From NCBI GenBank assembly GCA_002401345.1, contig NVSU01000001.1, positions 68,476-132,475 on the forward strand: a stretch of DNA of 64,000 bases, given 5' to 3'. Shown here in pieces: positions 8,141 to 17,418 of the stretch; position 1 is the stretch's first letter, and every line of letters begins with the position of its first letter. The DNA comes from Candidatus Wolfebacteria bacterium. GTDB lineage: Bacteria; Patescibacteriota; Minisyncoccia; Phycocordibacterales; NVSU01. The position numbers and the translations under genes are program-made. The notes beneath the pieces are model-generated. The model saw only the letters and a program-made list of their open reading frames with translations, did no database searches and was not told the origin of the DNA.

Positions 8141-8695
8141 TTATACTGGCTCAACCTTCTTACTGTAATTGAGTAACAAAGTATCCATTTCAATAAGCTT
8201 GTCTTCGAGTATTACAACATCCAAGCAGTGATTCATAAAACGTATCGCTACCTGAAATGTTTCATGATCTTTTTTCGCTAGACATTCTTTAATGACGTCA
8301 TATTTCGCCTCTAGGTGTCTTTGCTTACTTCGCTCTATGGCGAAATATCTAAAGATAACTTCATTCCTAAGCTTCCCGACTGCTTTAATCATATGCTCAT
8401 CGTGGGTGCGCTCAAGATCGAATTTTTTACACTCCTGATGCAAGACATGTGCTTCTTCGAGCTTTTTTGAAAGCTCTAGAAAAAGTTCCTGTTTCACATC
8501 ATCATATATCTCATGCTCGCCACTCATTAGATCAAGTACAATTCCAACATATACACGAAAGCCTTCAAAATCATTAATCAATTTATCAAGGTTTGACTTT
8601 TTCCTTTCAGGAATATGCTCAAATATTTCGATAATCTTATCAGTTATAGCTTTTGCACGCGTCATAATACGCTCCTCTATTACCAGTGTTTTCAT
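8141..8695 (-). CDS. Hypothetical protein, possibly a hemerythrin-like metal-binding domain
   Basis: 184 aa, helical. Several His/Glu motifs (EHEIY, HVLHQEC, THDEHM, HETFQVAIRFMNHCLD). Weak call. Confidence 0.3.
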   Translation of the reverse strand: MKTLVIEERIMTRAKAITDKIIEIFEHIPERKKSNLDKLINDFEGFRVYVGIVLDLMSGEHEIYDDVKQELFLELSKKLEEAHVLHQECKKFDLERTHDEHMIKAVGKLRNEVIFRYFAIERSKQRHLEAKYDVIKECLAKKDHETFQVAIRFMNHCLDVVILEDKLIEMDTLLLNYSKKVEPV

Positions 8696-8760
8696 AGAAC
8701 AAAAATTTAAATTATATATTTCTAGAGATCATAATACATAAAAATTCGTACTTTGGCAAC

Positions 8761-8800
8761 CATACTAAAACACCCCGCAGGTGCGGGGTGTTTTAGTATG
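8761..8800 (-). terminator. Intrinsic terminator downstream of cspA, 18-bp perfect palindrome
   Basis: CATACTAAAACACCCCGC-aggt-GCGGGGTGTTTTAGTATG. Confidence 0.7.
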
Positions 8801-8811
8801 TAAGAATGCGA

Positions 8812-9012
8812 TTACGCTTTCTTTACATTGACTGCTTGAAGTCCTCGATCAGTTTCCTCTGTGTCAAAAGTCACAGCGTCACCTTCTCGTAGATCATTGT
8901 ATTCAGTGTCTACAAGACTTGATGCATGAAAGAAAAGATCTTTGTCATTTCCTTCTTGCTCAATAAATCCAAAACCTTTATCAGTCAAACGTTTGATAGT
9001 TCCTGTTTCCAT
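8812..9012 (-). CDS. cspA: Cold-shock protein (CspA family, S1-like cold-shock domain)
   Basis: 66 aa. RNP1-like GFGFI, FFHASSL, GDAVTFD. A long 5' UTR of about 200 nt (9013-9222) is typical of csp mRNAs. Confidence 0.9.
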   Translation of the reverse strand: METGTIKRLTDKGFGFIEQEGNDKDLFFHASSLVDTEYNDLREGDAVTFDTEETDRGLQAVNVKKA

Positions 9013-9222
9013 GTGATGAAATTAAAATTACGATTAATAAAAACAATGCATATATGAAATAATCGAACCTTTTACCTCATCACTTTGTTCTATGACTTCG
9101 ATACTACCACCATTAAAGAAATTCAGCAAGCCACCTACACCTTTCCTGTAGATTTTATGCTATTCACAACACTGAAAGCATATTAATAGAACACACGTGC
9201 GGGTATTTTTTTTGTATGTATA

Positions 9223-9603
9223 TTACATGTTTAATGCTTCTTTGACCTTTTTAACTACATCCTTTATTTTCCAATCACTTTTGACCAAGTAATACATTGG
9301 TTCTCCTTCTACCATTCCCATGATAAGTTTTTCATCTGTTGCACTTAAATTTGTCAAAATAATGATCGGAACTGTTTTACCCCACTCATCTTCACGAAGT
9401 TTTTTCATTGTTGTCATCCCGTCCATCTTTGGCATCACAAGATCAAGTAGGATGATATCGGGATGTTCCCTTAGTGAAACCTCTAGACCTTCATCTCCAT
9501 TTTTTGCTTTCAGGACTTCAAAATTCTCTGCACTGAATTTATCACCCAATACTTCCAGCATATCTAATTCATCTTCAATAATTAATATTTTTTTCATATT
9601 CAT
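9223..9603 (-). CDS. Single-domain response regulator (CheY-like receiver)
   Basis: 126 aa. IIEDE, phospho-acceptor in DIILLDLVMPKMDG, conserved T/K positions. Confidence 0.8.
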   Translation of the reverse strand: MNMKKILIIEDELDMLEVLGDKFSAENFEVLKAKNGDEGLEVSLREHPDIILLDLVMPKMDGMTTMKKLREDEWGKTVPIIILTNLSATDEKLIMGMVEGEPMYYLVKSDWKIKDVVKKVKEALNM

Positions 9604-9709
9604 TTTTTAATCTCTAATGTTTATTTATAAATTTTTCGACCTCTTATAATTACGACCGCAGAGTACATGGATGTGTGCGTACACATTATCCGCGCGATGT
9701 GATCATGCT

Positions 9710-11233
9710 CTACCCTACTCCTCTGGGTTCTTTTTCTTTTTCCATAATGTCGATTGGTAGGCTTACGTAAAACTTTGTTCCATATCTTTCCTTTTTTCCA
9801 GCAACAACTCTGGTAAACATGAGTGAGTCAAACCAAATTTTGCCTTTCAATTGCCTCACTATTGATTTCACAATATAGAGCCCTAACCCAGTTCCGTCTG
9901 TGTCGTATTCTTTTACGTTGTCAGCCCTAAACAATTTTGTAAATATCATTGATTCCTGATTTTCAGGAATACCATATCCTGTATCGGAAACTGTAATGAG
10001 AATGTGTGAGTTGCTTTTTTCTATTGTCAGGAGTATTTCCCCATCTGCGGGCGTATATTTGATTGAATTGGAGAGCAGGTTCTGAAATATAATCCTTATA
10101 AACTTGAGGTCTGTATGTATATGTGGTAAATCCTTATCGTAATTTGTTTTTATTTTTATTTTTTTATTTCTAATTTGGGGAATAAATTCACTTATTAAAT
10201 CTTCTGACGCTTTTTGAATATCAATAGATTTTAAATCCATTGCCAATGTTCCAAGTTCTATTCTGGAAACATTTAATAATGCATCAACCAATGCCACCAT
10301 TCGTTTATTGTTTCGATATATCTTTTCTAAATAGTTTTTCTGTCCACTATCTATCTTCCCAATATCCCCCTCTAATAACATTTCGGCATACCAATTAATG
10401 GTGGAAAGTGGAGTACGTAGTTGATGCGATGCAAGTGACACGAATTCAGTTTTTGCCCGATCAATCTCTCTTTCTTTTGTGACATCACGAAATGCAATAA
10501 CACAACCAATAATTTTACCCTTTTTATTTTTTATTGGTGCAACCTTTCCCGCAACAGGGACTTTTGAGCCATCTTTTTTGATTAAGACGGTATGATTTGA
10601 TATTTCTATAATTTTAGAAGCTATCATGGCTTCTTTAACAAAATCATCACTTATTTTTTCATTTTCCTCAAAAACAAATTTCAAGGTATCCTTATATCTT
10701 TTACCTAGTACAGACTTGGTGCTAAGGCCTGATATCAAGGTCGCAGCTTTGTTAAAGAGTATTATCTTAAACTCAGGATCAATCACAAATACACCATCAC
10801 CTATGCTTTCAATAATAGTTTCAATTTTGTCTTTCTCTTCTTTAAGATCTTTCGTCTGGTCTTTTACCTTCTGTTCAACTTTCTCTTTTTCTTCATTCAA
10901 GTCTTCGAGAATATTGAGAGTTGCATGTTGTGAATCTTTTAGATTTTCATTAAGAAGATCAATCTTTATTATTTTCTGATGAAGTTCATCAGTTCTATTT
11001 TTTACTTTTTCTTCTAATTCTTTTTCTGATGTCGCTAACTCTCGCACTAATTCATTAATATCATCTTTCATCAAATCCAATGTCACTAATAACTCAGTAA
11101 ATTCATCCTCTTTTTCAGGAATATCTATATCAAATGAAAAATCTCCTAAGGCCATTTTATGAAAAATGGGACTTAATGCACTCAAGCGATTTTTTATATA
11201 CATATTTTCTTTTTTCAATTTTGTCTCAGTCAT
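9710..11233 (-). CDS. Sensor histidine kinase with coiled-coil and PAS domain
   Basis: 507 aa. H-box SHQLRTPLSTINWYAEML. HATPase_c GTGLGLYIVKSIV. A PAS-like segment lies upstream. Confidence 0.85.
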   Translation of the reverse strand: MTETKLKKENMYIKNRLSALSPIFHKMALGDFSFDIDIPEKEDEFTELLVTLDLMKDDINELVRELATSEKELEEKVKNRTDELHQKIIKIDLLNENLKDSQHATLNILEDLNEEKEKVEQKVKDQTKDLKEEKDKIETIIESIGDGVFVIDPEFKIILFNKAATLISGLSTKSVLGKRYKDTLKFVFEENEKISDDFVKEAMIASKIIEISNHTVLIKKDGSKVPVAGKVAPIKNKKGKIIGCVIAFRDVTKEREIDRAKTEFVSLASHQLRTPLSTINWYAEMLLEGDIGKIDSGQKNYLEKIYRNNKRMVALVDALLNVSRIELGTLAMDLKSIDIQKASEDLISEFIPQIRNKKIKIKTNYDKDLPHIHTDLKFIRIIFQNLLSNSIKYTPADGEILLTIEKSNSHILITVSDTGYGIPENQESMIFTKLFRADNVKEYDTDGTGLGLYIVKSIVRQLKGKIWFDSLMFTRVVAGKKERYGTKFYVSLPIDIMEKEKEPRGVG

Positions 11234-11253
11234 AGTAGATATAACAACTCACC

Positions 11254-11661
11254 TTACGATTGTGTAAACCATTGCAATGCTTCTTCTTCATTTGGAAAAT
11301 GTCTTATAGTATCTAGTCCACTCGCATTTATAATAAAGGTCGCTACAGTTTTAATAAGTGTACTTGCTCCAAAGATAGCAATTTTCCCAAACTTCTTGTC
11401 CTTACTGTTCTCTACAAGTTTTTTTCTCGCACCTGCAGTTGGTTTTCCTGCTTTTCTTAAGTCATAGAGGAGATTTACTTTGCCGGACACACGATTTGCA
11501 AGTTCCAATATTTCTTCATATTGCTTCATTATGATTGACTCGGTCTGAGGTATATTAAAAATTTTTACCCTAATAATATTATCGGTTATACTTAACGAAT
11601 AAGGATCAATTGCATTTCCATTGGAGGAATCTTTTTTTTCAGAGATTTTATCGCGAACCAT
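11254..11661 (-). CDS. Hypothetical protein, possibly STAS/SpoIIAA-like
   Basis: 135 aa. No strong motif. Placement in the signalling cluster is the main reason for this guess. Confidence 0.25.
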   Translation of the reverse strand: MVRDKISEKKDSSNGNAIDPYSLSITDNIIRVKIFNIPQTESIIMKQYEEILELANRVSGKVNLLYDLRKAGKPTAGARKKLVENSKDKKFGKIAIFGASTLIKTVATFIINASGLDTIRHFPNEEEALQWFTQS

Positions 11662-12202
11662 ATATATTATTTTTATGTGTCAATCGCTTTTTTAACTCCT
11701 CAATCTCTTTTTTCAACTCAACCATTTTTAATTCGCGACCAATAGCTAATTTATTAAATCGTTCTAACTCTAAAGTATATTTCTTCAGTTTCTCTTCTAT
11801 CTCCTTTTGCTCGGTAATATCTCTTACTGTTGCCTGTAGTGAGTATTTGTCATCCATTTTAATCCTAGAAAGTAATACGGTTGCAGAAAATTCTTCTCCC
11901 GTGATCTTCTTATGTTGCCATTCAAAAAAATTAGAGCCCTCTTCCATAGCTTTTTTTATCATTTTTTTAGCTTTTACAGATGATCGTTGACCATCAGGTT
12001 GATACTCTGGAGATACTTTCCATGGTTCAAACGATATAAATTCAGTCTCATCTTTTGCCCCAAACATCTTAATCGCTGCATTATTACCAGAAGTGAACGT
12101 CCAAATAGGTGGAGCGAGCATCATTATGGCATCTCTCGATGAGTCAAAAAGAGTTTTGTATTTTATTTCAGTTTGATTTTTCTTGTCCATACGCATACGC
12201 AT
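11648..12202 (-). CDS. PAS domain protein with C-terminal coiled-coil
   Basis: YKTLFDSSRDAIMML ... ATVRDITEQKEIEEKLKK is PAS S-box-like. Confidence 0.55.
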   Translation of the reverse strand: MRMRMDKKNQTEIKYKTLFDSSRDAIMMLAPPIWTFTSGNNAAIKMFGAKDETEFISFEPWKVSPEYQPDGQRSSVKAKKMIKKAMEEGSNFFEWQHKKITGEEFSATVLLSRIKMDDKYSLQATVRDITEQKEIEEKLKKYTLELERFNKLAIGRELKMVELKKEIEELKKRLTHKNNIYGSR

Positions 12203-12229
12203 TTATTGCGGGAGTTACATTTTTATTTT

Positions 12230-12625
12230 TTAGTCAGCTATTGATGTATGTATGATGTGCTCAACCTTACTCATAAGATCGTTGGAAGAAAAGGGTTTTT
12301 CTAAAAGATCTTTCACCAATGAGAGTTCCTCAAATGTATTCAAGGAATTATGAAAGCTTTCAGAATATAGAGGAAGTACAGACATCAACAATACTGGAAT
12401 ATTTTTTAACTTTTCATCATGCATCATATTCTCCATCACCTCCATACCACTCGCTCCTGGTATCAACACCGCGAGTACCACAAGATCATAGTGATCATCC
12501 TTCATTTTATTCAGCGCCTCCTCACCGTCATATGCAACATCCGCCACATCACCCATACCAGCCATAAATGTGTTTTTAGTGAGTTCTATTATTTCTTTAT
12601 CATCATCAACAATTAAAACTTTCAT
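12230..12625 (-). CDS. Receiver-domain protein lacking the phospho-acceptor Asp (pseudo-receiver)
   Basis: VLIVDDDKEI is present. The expected DLVLLDxxMPGMDG position reads DLVVLAVLIPGASG (Asp to Ala). T/S and K positions are retained. Confidence 0.55.
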   Translation of the reverse strand: MKVLIVDDDKEIIELTKNTFMAGMGDVADVAYDGEEALNKMKDDHYDLVVLAVLIPGASGMEVMENMMHDEKLKNIPVLLMSVLPLYSESFHNSLNTFEELSLVKDLLEKPFSSNDLMSKVEHIIHTSIAD

Positions 12626-12652
12626 AAGGATTACTACATTACTAATAATGGA

Positions 12653-13609
12653 CTATTCTTTTTCGTCGTGTTTAGAAAAATATTTCCTTACCACTACCAA
12701 ATTTTTATCGATGGGCCGTGCGCGTGCTTTAGTTTCTTCATCAGTTTTTCTTAAATCAAAGCTTACCTTCTCGCCTAGTTCATTTTCATATCGAAGGACA
12801 AGCAGGGCAATAATCTTGGCCGGATTTTTAGTAATCTTGAGTACTTCTCCAGTATTATCATCGATAGTAAGACCATCAATATCAGAAGCTAAGTCTATTG
12901 CAGTATCCCCTACTCGATGCCTCATCTGCATGATTGTATCGCTAATCATTTCGTAAAATAATCTGTCATCCTTTAAGATATGTGAATAATCATGTGGCAC
13001 AAATCTACTCGATCGATATTTTTTTAAAATTAACCTGCTCACCACAGCAAATGCGAGACCAATCGCAAGTGTAATAATTCCTATAATAATTAACTGACTT
13101 ACAAAAATACCACCAAATTTTTTTTCTACATCAAATTGAAAAGAAGATGTCGCGGGAACCTCTTGTCCTTCATGTGCAATACTACTCGCTGCCACATAAC
13201 TCCCAGAAGAAAAGTCTTTTGGAATCTGAATAAATTTTACAAAACTTGCAGTCGTCTCAACTGCAACTGTTTCGGTTTCTTGTATTACCGCAATATTTCT
13301 TGCATCAAAAATTTGATACGTAATGGTGACATCAACTCGACGTCCGCTTCCAAAATTTATTAATTTAACAGAGATTGGCAAAAAATCCCCAGGGGCCACA
13401 CGCGATATTAAATTTCCGGTGTCAGTTTTTACTTGCGCTGCAGTATGAACACTCGCGACCAAAGGATTAATAGATATGTCGGAGCTTTGTGTATCAACAA
13501 AGCCGGGAGTTCTCTCGTAATAGGTATCGGCAAAAGGGGTAAATCCAATCACTGCCACTAATAGGATAAGGCACACATATAAGACTGTTGTGATAAATTT
13601 TCGTTTCAT
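12653..13609 (-). CDS. Bitopic membrane protein (N-terminal TM, extracytoplasmic beta-rich domain, second TM, cytoplasmic domain), hypothetical
   Basis: 318 aa with two clear hydrophobic segments. Confidence 0.4.
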   Translation of the reverse strand: MKRKFITTVLYVCLILLVAVIGFTPFADTYYERTPGFVDTQSSDISINPLVASVHTAAQVKTDTGNLISRVAPGDFLPISVKLINFGSGRRVDVTITYQIFDARNIAVIQETETVAVETTASFVKFIQIPKDFSSGSYVAASSIAHEGQEVPATSSFQFDVEKKFGGIFVSQLIIIGIITLAIGLAFAVVSRLILKKYRSSRFVPHDYSHILKDDRLFYEMISDTIMQMRHRVGDTAIDLASDIDGLTIDDNTGEVLKITKNPAKIIALLVLRYENELGEKVSFDLRKTDEETKARARPIDKNLVVVRKYFSKHDEKE

Positions 13610-13616
13610 AATTATG

Positions 13617-14000
13617 TTATCGCTTTTTTCTTCTCCTATAATAAAAAGAGTAGAGAACTATAATAATAAATATGACTGAAATCGCGACGATCGGTACTGA
13701 TACCGCTCGACGGTTTAATTGCTGAGACACTTTTCTAATCTCAATGTCGAATAATGGACGAGCATCGAATTCTCCAACAGCAAACTGCCCTTCTATACAC
13801 CCAGAAGAAGTTGGTATACAAGGAAGGCTGTATCTATCTTCAATGAGTGCATAATACTCAACTGGGGTAGGAGCATATGCGACATTAAGGGTGAATGCAA
13901 AAATAAGAAGAAAAAGAATAGAAAGCGCAGGAAAACGATGATCTTTCATAACATGTTTTATCAGTTTAAATATCTTCATATATGTGTAGTACGCTCCCAT
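13617..14000 (-). CDS. Small membrane protein, hypothetical
   Basis: 127 aa with two hydrophobic segments and an RRRKKR tail. Confidence 0.35.
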   Translation of the reverse strand: MGAYYTYMKIFKLIKHVMKDHRFPALSILFLLIFAFTLNVAYAPTPVEYYALIEDRYSLPCIPTSSGCIEGQFAVGEFDARPLFDIEIRKVSQQLNRRAVSVPIVAISVIFIIIVLYSFYYRRRKKR

Positions 14001-14030
14001 ATGTACTATAGGATGCGTATTATTTACTTT

Positions 14031-15050
14031 TTATCTTTTATTGCGTAGGTACAATCCATAGACAAGAGCTATAAGAATAAGACCTAAAATTATAAATACT
14101 GGTATTACATTTCTTTTGTCCTGAGAATCAGATTCTGTTGGCTCAATTTGAATATCAAATAAAGCTTCTGGTAGTTCATCTACGGCATCAATGATTATTT
14201 CCTCTGTTTCAGTTTGTTCGATACTACATTCTTCGTTTAATTTTGATTGTGTTGCTTCTCCAACAAAACCTGTTCCACGAGAGAATCCTGACGGATCGAG
14301 AATTTCCTCAAAGTATTTTTCTTGAAACAACGTAACCGCTTCCTTTGTTGAAGTACCAAAATTACCATCAATAGATCCAGAATAATGACCAGAAGATTGC
14401 AAACATATTTGAAGATATGCGACATCAGCATTATGATCATTAAATTCTAAATCTGTTTCAAAGCGGTATCCGATTGGTATCTGTGTAGCAATTTCCCTTG
14501 AAGGACTTTCTGTTATCGCAACATTTATCAGGTGTGTTTGAAGTGCCTCTGGTGATAGGCTGGATGTAACCACAACAGGTATTGATGATGTTCCTGAGAG
14601 AATATTTTTATTCCTTGCACTCAAGGACAAAGAATTATCACTCACTTTAATAAGGTCACTTCCCTCATTTTTTGATGAAAACGTTATCGTCCCAAATAGC
14701 GGAGCTAAAGGTGTTCCCCCTGGATATCCTGCAGTTTTTATCAATCTACCATTTACGTTATCTACTAGATCAAAACCCGACTGAGAAAGTGGTATCCAAT
14801 TTGGTCCAAAAGAAAAAAATTGTATACGCACAAGATCAGCTGGATACAATATTTCCACCTTGGTAGTATAATTTTTCACCCCTGCGGAATTTAAAATTAC
14901 ATCAACGGTAAAAGTCTCCTCTTGATGAACCTCAATGCTGGATGGAGAAAAAGAAAGTGCAGCTGCTGCTATATAATGAACTGGCACCAATCCCAAAATA
15001 AAAATGAACGAAAGTAAAATTTTAAAATATCTCATATTTTTTAAACCCAA
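14031..15050 (-). CDS. Secreted cell-surface protein with a cohesin-like domain, a peptidoglycan-binding-like domain and a C-terminal TM anchor
   Basis: Signal peptide. LSFSPSSIEVHQEETFTVDVILNS...ILYPADLVRI...APLFGTITFSSKNEGSDLIKVS resembles a cohesin beta-sandwich. DVAYLQICLQSSGHYSGSIDGNFGTSTKEAVTLFQEKY is PG_binding_1-like. Hydrophobic C-terminus. Confidence 0.5.
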   Translation of the reverse strand: MGLKNMRYFKILLSFIFILGLVPVHYIAAAALSFSPSSIEVHQEETFTVDVILNSAGVKNYTTKVEILYPADLVRIQFFSFGPNWIPLSQSGFDLVDNVNGRLIKTAGYPGGTPLAPLFGTITFSSKNEGSDLIKVSDNSLSLSARNKNILSGTSSIPVVVTSSLSPEALQTHLINVAITESPSREIATQIPIGYRFETDLEFNDHNADVAYLQICLQSSGHYSGSIDGNFGTSTKEAVTLFQEKYFEEILDPSGFSRGTGFVGEATQSKLNEECSIEQTETEEIIIDAVDELPEALFDIQIEPTESDSQDKRNVIPVFIILGLILIALVYGLYLRNKR

Positions 15051-15641
15051 TTAATCATTAATAAGTTAAAATCCAAAATAGAGACAATACTATCACAATC
15101 AAAATCAGCTACATTGTCTACATCAGTGTTTCCCCAATTCACCATCAACGTATTAAAATCTAATATATCAATGGAATCATCGTCATTGGTATCGACATCC
15201 CGACATGTAGATATACTCACACTGGTCCCATAGATAATTGAATCAGAGGCGACTAATGATGATGTTCCTTGTGAATTAAAAAACTTCACATATACTTCTT
15301 TTTCTCCATCACTTTCGGAGAGAGTCCATATCTTTGTTGTTGCATAGACTTCTTGCACAATACCTTGAAATTCACTTGTGTTGGAAATTGACATTTTTTT
15401 AGCAGTTGACCCTCCATTGAGTGTAAGTGTCACTTCGCGAGAAGAAGTGACTGCCTCATTGTCATTAATAACAACAGTAACACCTCCAGTCGGAGCGATA
15501 AATGTATCAAGAAATACACCTCCTCCACCTCCATATGCGAATGCAGATTTAATCCCAAGGAATACTACTCCTTGGGTAAATAAAATGAGTGCTGTCACTA
15601 CAAGTGATAGAAAAAAATATACGTTATTATTCTTTGATCTC
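15041..15641 (-). CDS. Dockerin-domain-containing secreted protein
   Basis: The C-terminus carries two 20-aa Ca-binding dockerin repeats: DTNDDDSIDILDFNTLMVNW and DFDCDSIVSILDFNLLMINW. These fit the dockerin pattern D1-x-N/D3-x-D5-x-x-I/V8-x-x-x-D12-x-x-x-L16. Overlaps the cohesin-like gene by 10 nt. The ORF extension to 15700 is encoded by the repeat element, so the start is more likely MRSKNN at 15641. Confidence 0.6.
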
Positions 15642-15842
15642 ATATAATACAAACACAAAAAAAGCGCCGCACTGTTAATCACAATTACGACGCTTTTCAT
15701 ATTTTGTTAGTTTAATTGTATCAATTCACAGTTTAATTGAAAGATAGAAATGTGGATAACTTTCAACGTACTTTCTACACGACCCAATTAAACTACTGTG
15801 ATAAAATTAGTAGGCGTCATAATTGTGAGTTACTTCAATATT

Positions 15843-17375
15843 ATGACGTTTTTACATGTATTTAAAAAAAATTGCATTATTTCAATTCTTGTACTCTTGC
15901 TGTTGAGCTGGGGGATATTCTTAAGATTCCACAATCTGGGACAGTCATCATATTGGATGGATGAAGGATATTCAGTAAATGCGGCACTCTCCACAGCAGA
16001 GAAAGGATATCCATTTCTTGATTCAGGGATGACCTACGATACACATCTGCCGAGCACGTACGCAATTGCCGGATCAGTAAAATTGTTTGGTGAATCAAAC
16101 ACTTCGACACGCCTTCCATCGGTTATTTTTAATATACTATTCCTTGCTACTATATTTTTATTCACCAAAAAGTTTTTTGGGATAAAAACTGCACTTCTTA
16201 CAACTTTATTTTTGACGTTTTCATATTGGGAAATCGGATGGGCTCGACAAGCAAGAAATTATGCGCTCTTTCAGCTCTCATTCTGGCTTTCTCTTTATTT
16301 CTTCTGGCAACTGCTCTATAACACACGAGTAATAAAGTATGTGGTACCGTGGATTATATTTTCATTTCTCACTTTCTTTACACATCGTCTAGGCCTTTTT
16401 CTTTTGCCTATCTATCTTATTTCTTTTGTAGTAGTGCAATGGGATCATCTCAAGAAAAACTGGTTACATTATTTATTCGGTGCACGCTCAATATATGTAT
16501 ATATATTTACCCTTTTAATATTCATTATCTTTGGAGGAGGAGTATGGAATACAATAAAAGAATCTCTCTCACTAAAAATATTTTATTTACCACAGTATCT
16601 AGCATTTATAAAAAATAATTTCCTGCTTGTGATAATTCTCGCGCTTTCTTCTCTCGCATTATATTTCAAAAACAAATTAATTCGTCAAAAAATATCCCTT
16701 CTTCTGATTGTCTATATAGTTCCATTAGTGATTATTTCTTTTTTTATCCTTCTCTCGGGTCATCGTTACCTTTTCCCTGTTTTACCTGCGCTTTATATTT
16801 TAAGTGCACTTACATTTGTATATATATGGGAAAAATACAGAAATATTTTTATACGAATCGGAATCTCTGTGGCAGTAGTGCTTATGATACTTTTTTCAAA
16901 GGAGTTCCAGTTTATGCCACGCACATTCTTTCCCCTTGAATCAAATCGTACACCTATCGAATTGGGACAAAAAAACAAGGCGTCGCAAAATTATTATATT
17001 TATACTCCCCAGCCTGACTGGAATAACGCATATTCCTTTATCAAAGAACGCAACACACAGGACGATATTATAATCTCAGTTCAACCAGTCTTTAATAAAT
17101 TATACTTAAATGATGCAGGGTACTGGATAGCATATTCACTCAGTGACAAATCTACACCTCCAATGTCCGATTTCTATGTAGGAGCTCACACTATACAAAA
17201 TCTTACAGAGCTCACACAACTCACTCGCAATGAACATGGGTTTATTATTTTAGACTTTCTTTCAATGGACAACAGAATTGAGCAACACATTCTTGAATAT
17301 ATACATGAACATATGGAACTTGTATACAAAAAGGAAACAAACTACTGGTCGCGAATATGGATATATCGTTTTTGA
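15843..17375 (+). CDS. GT39/GT83-type polytopic membrane glycosyltransferase (PMT / ArnT-like, polyprenol-phosphate-sugar dependent)
   Basis: 525-aa ORF. YWMDEGYSVNAALSTAEKGYPFL...SYWEIGWARQARNYALFQL. More than 10 TM segments. The annotated start was moved to the ATG at 15843 because 15798-15842 overlaps the repeat element. Confidence 0.65.
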   Translation: MTFLHVFKKNCIISILVLLLLSWGIFLRFHNLGQSSYWMDEGYSVNAALSTAEKGYPFLDSGMTYDTHLPSTYAIAGSVKLFGESNTSTRLPSVIFNILFLATIFLFTKKFFGIKTALLTTLFLTFSYWEIGWARQARNYALFQLSFWLSLYFFWQLLYNTRVIKYVVPWIIFSFLTFFTHRLGLFLLPIYLISFVVVQWDHLKKNWLHYLFGARSIYVYIFTLLIFIIFGGGVWNTIKESLSLKIFYLPQYLAFIKNNFLLVIILALSSLALYFKNKLIRQKISLLLIVYIVPLVIISFFILLSGHRYLFPVLPALYILSALTFVYIWEKYRNIFIRIGISVAVVLMILFSKEFQFMPRTFFPLESNRTPIELGQKNKASQNYYIYTPQPDWNNAYSFIKERNTQDDIIISVQPVFNKLYLNDAGYWIAYSLSDKSTPPMSDFYVGAHTIQNLTELTQLTRNEHGFIILDFLSMDNRIEQHILEYIHEHMELVYKKETNYWSRIWIYRF

Positions 17376-17418
17376 TTCTTTATCTTGCAGATGATACAAT
17401 TTACAGTGCGTCGTAATA

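Noticed and set aside
15642-15700. N-terminal extensions of ORFs 15041..15700, 15798.., 28817..30529, 39262..41154 and 26052..27449
   Set aside because: The extra codons are encoded by the conserved leader hairpin elements, or overlap the upstream gene. The proper starts are downstream (MRSKNN, MTFLHV, MKKISI, MCGINGIV, MNNTEWLF).
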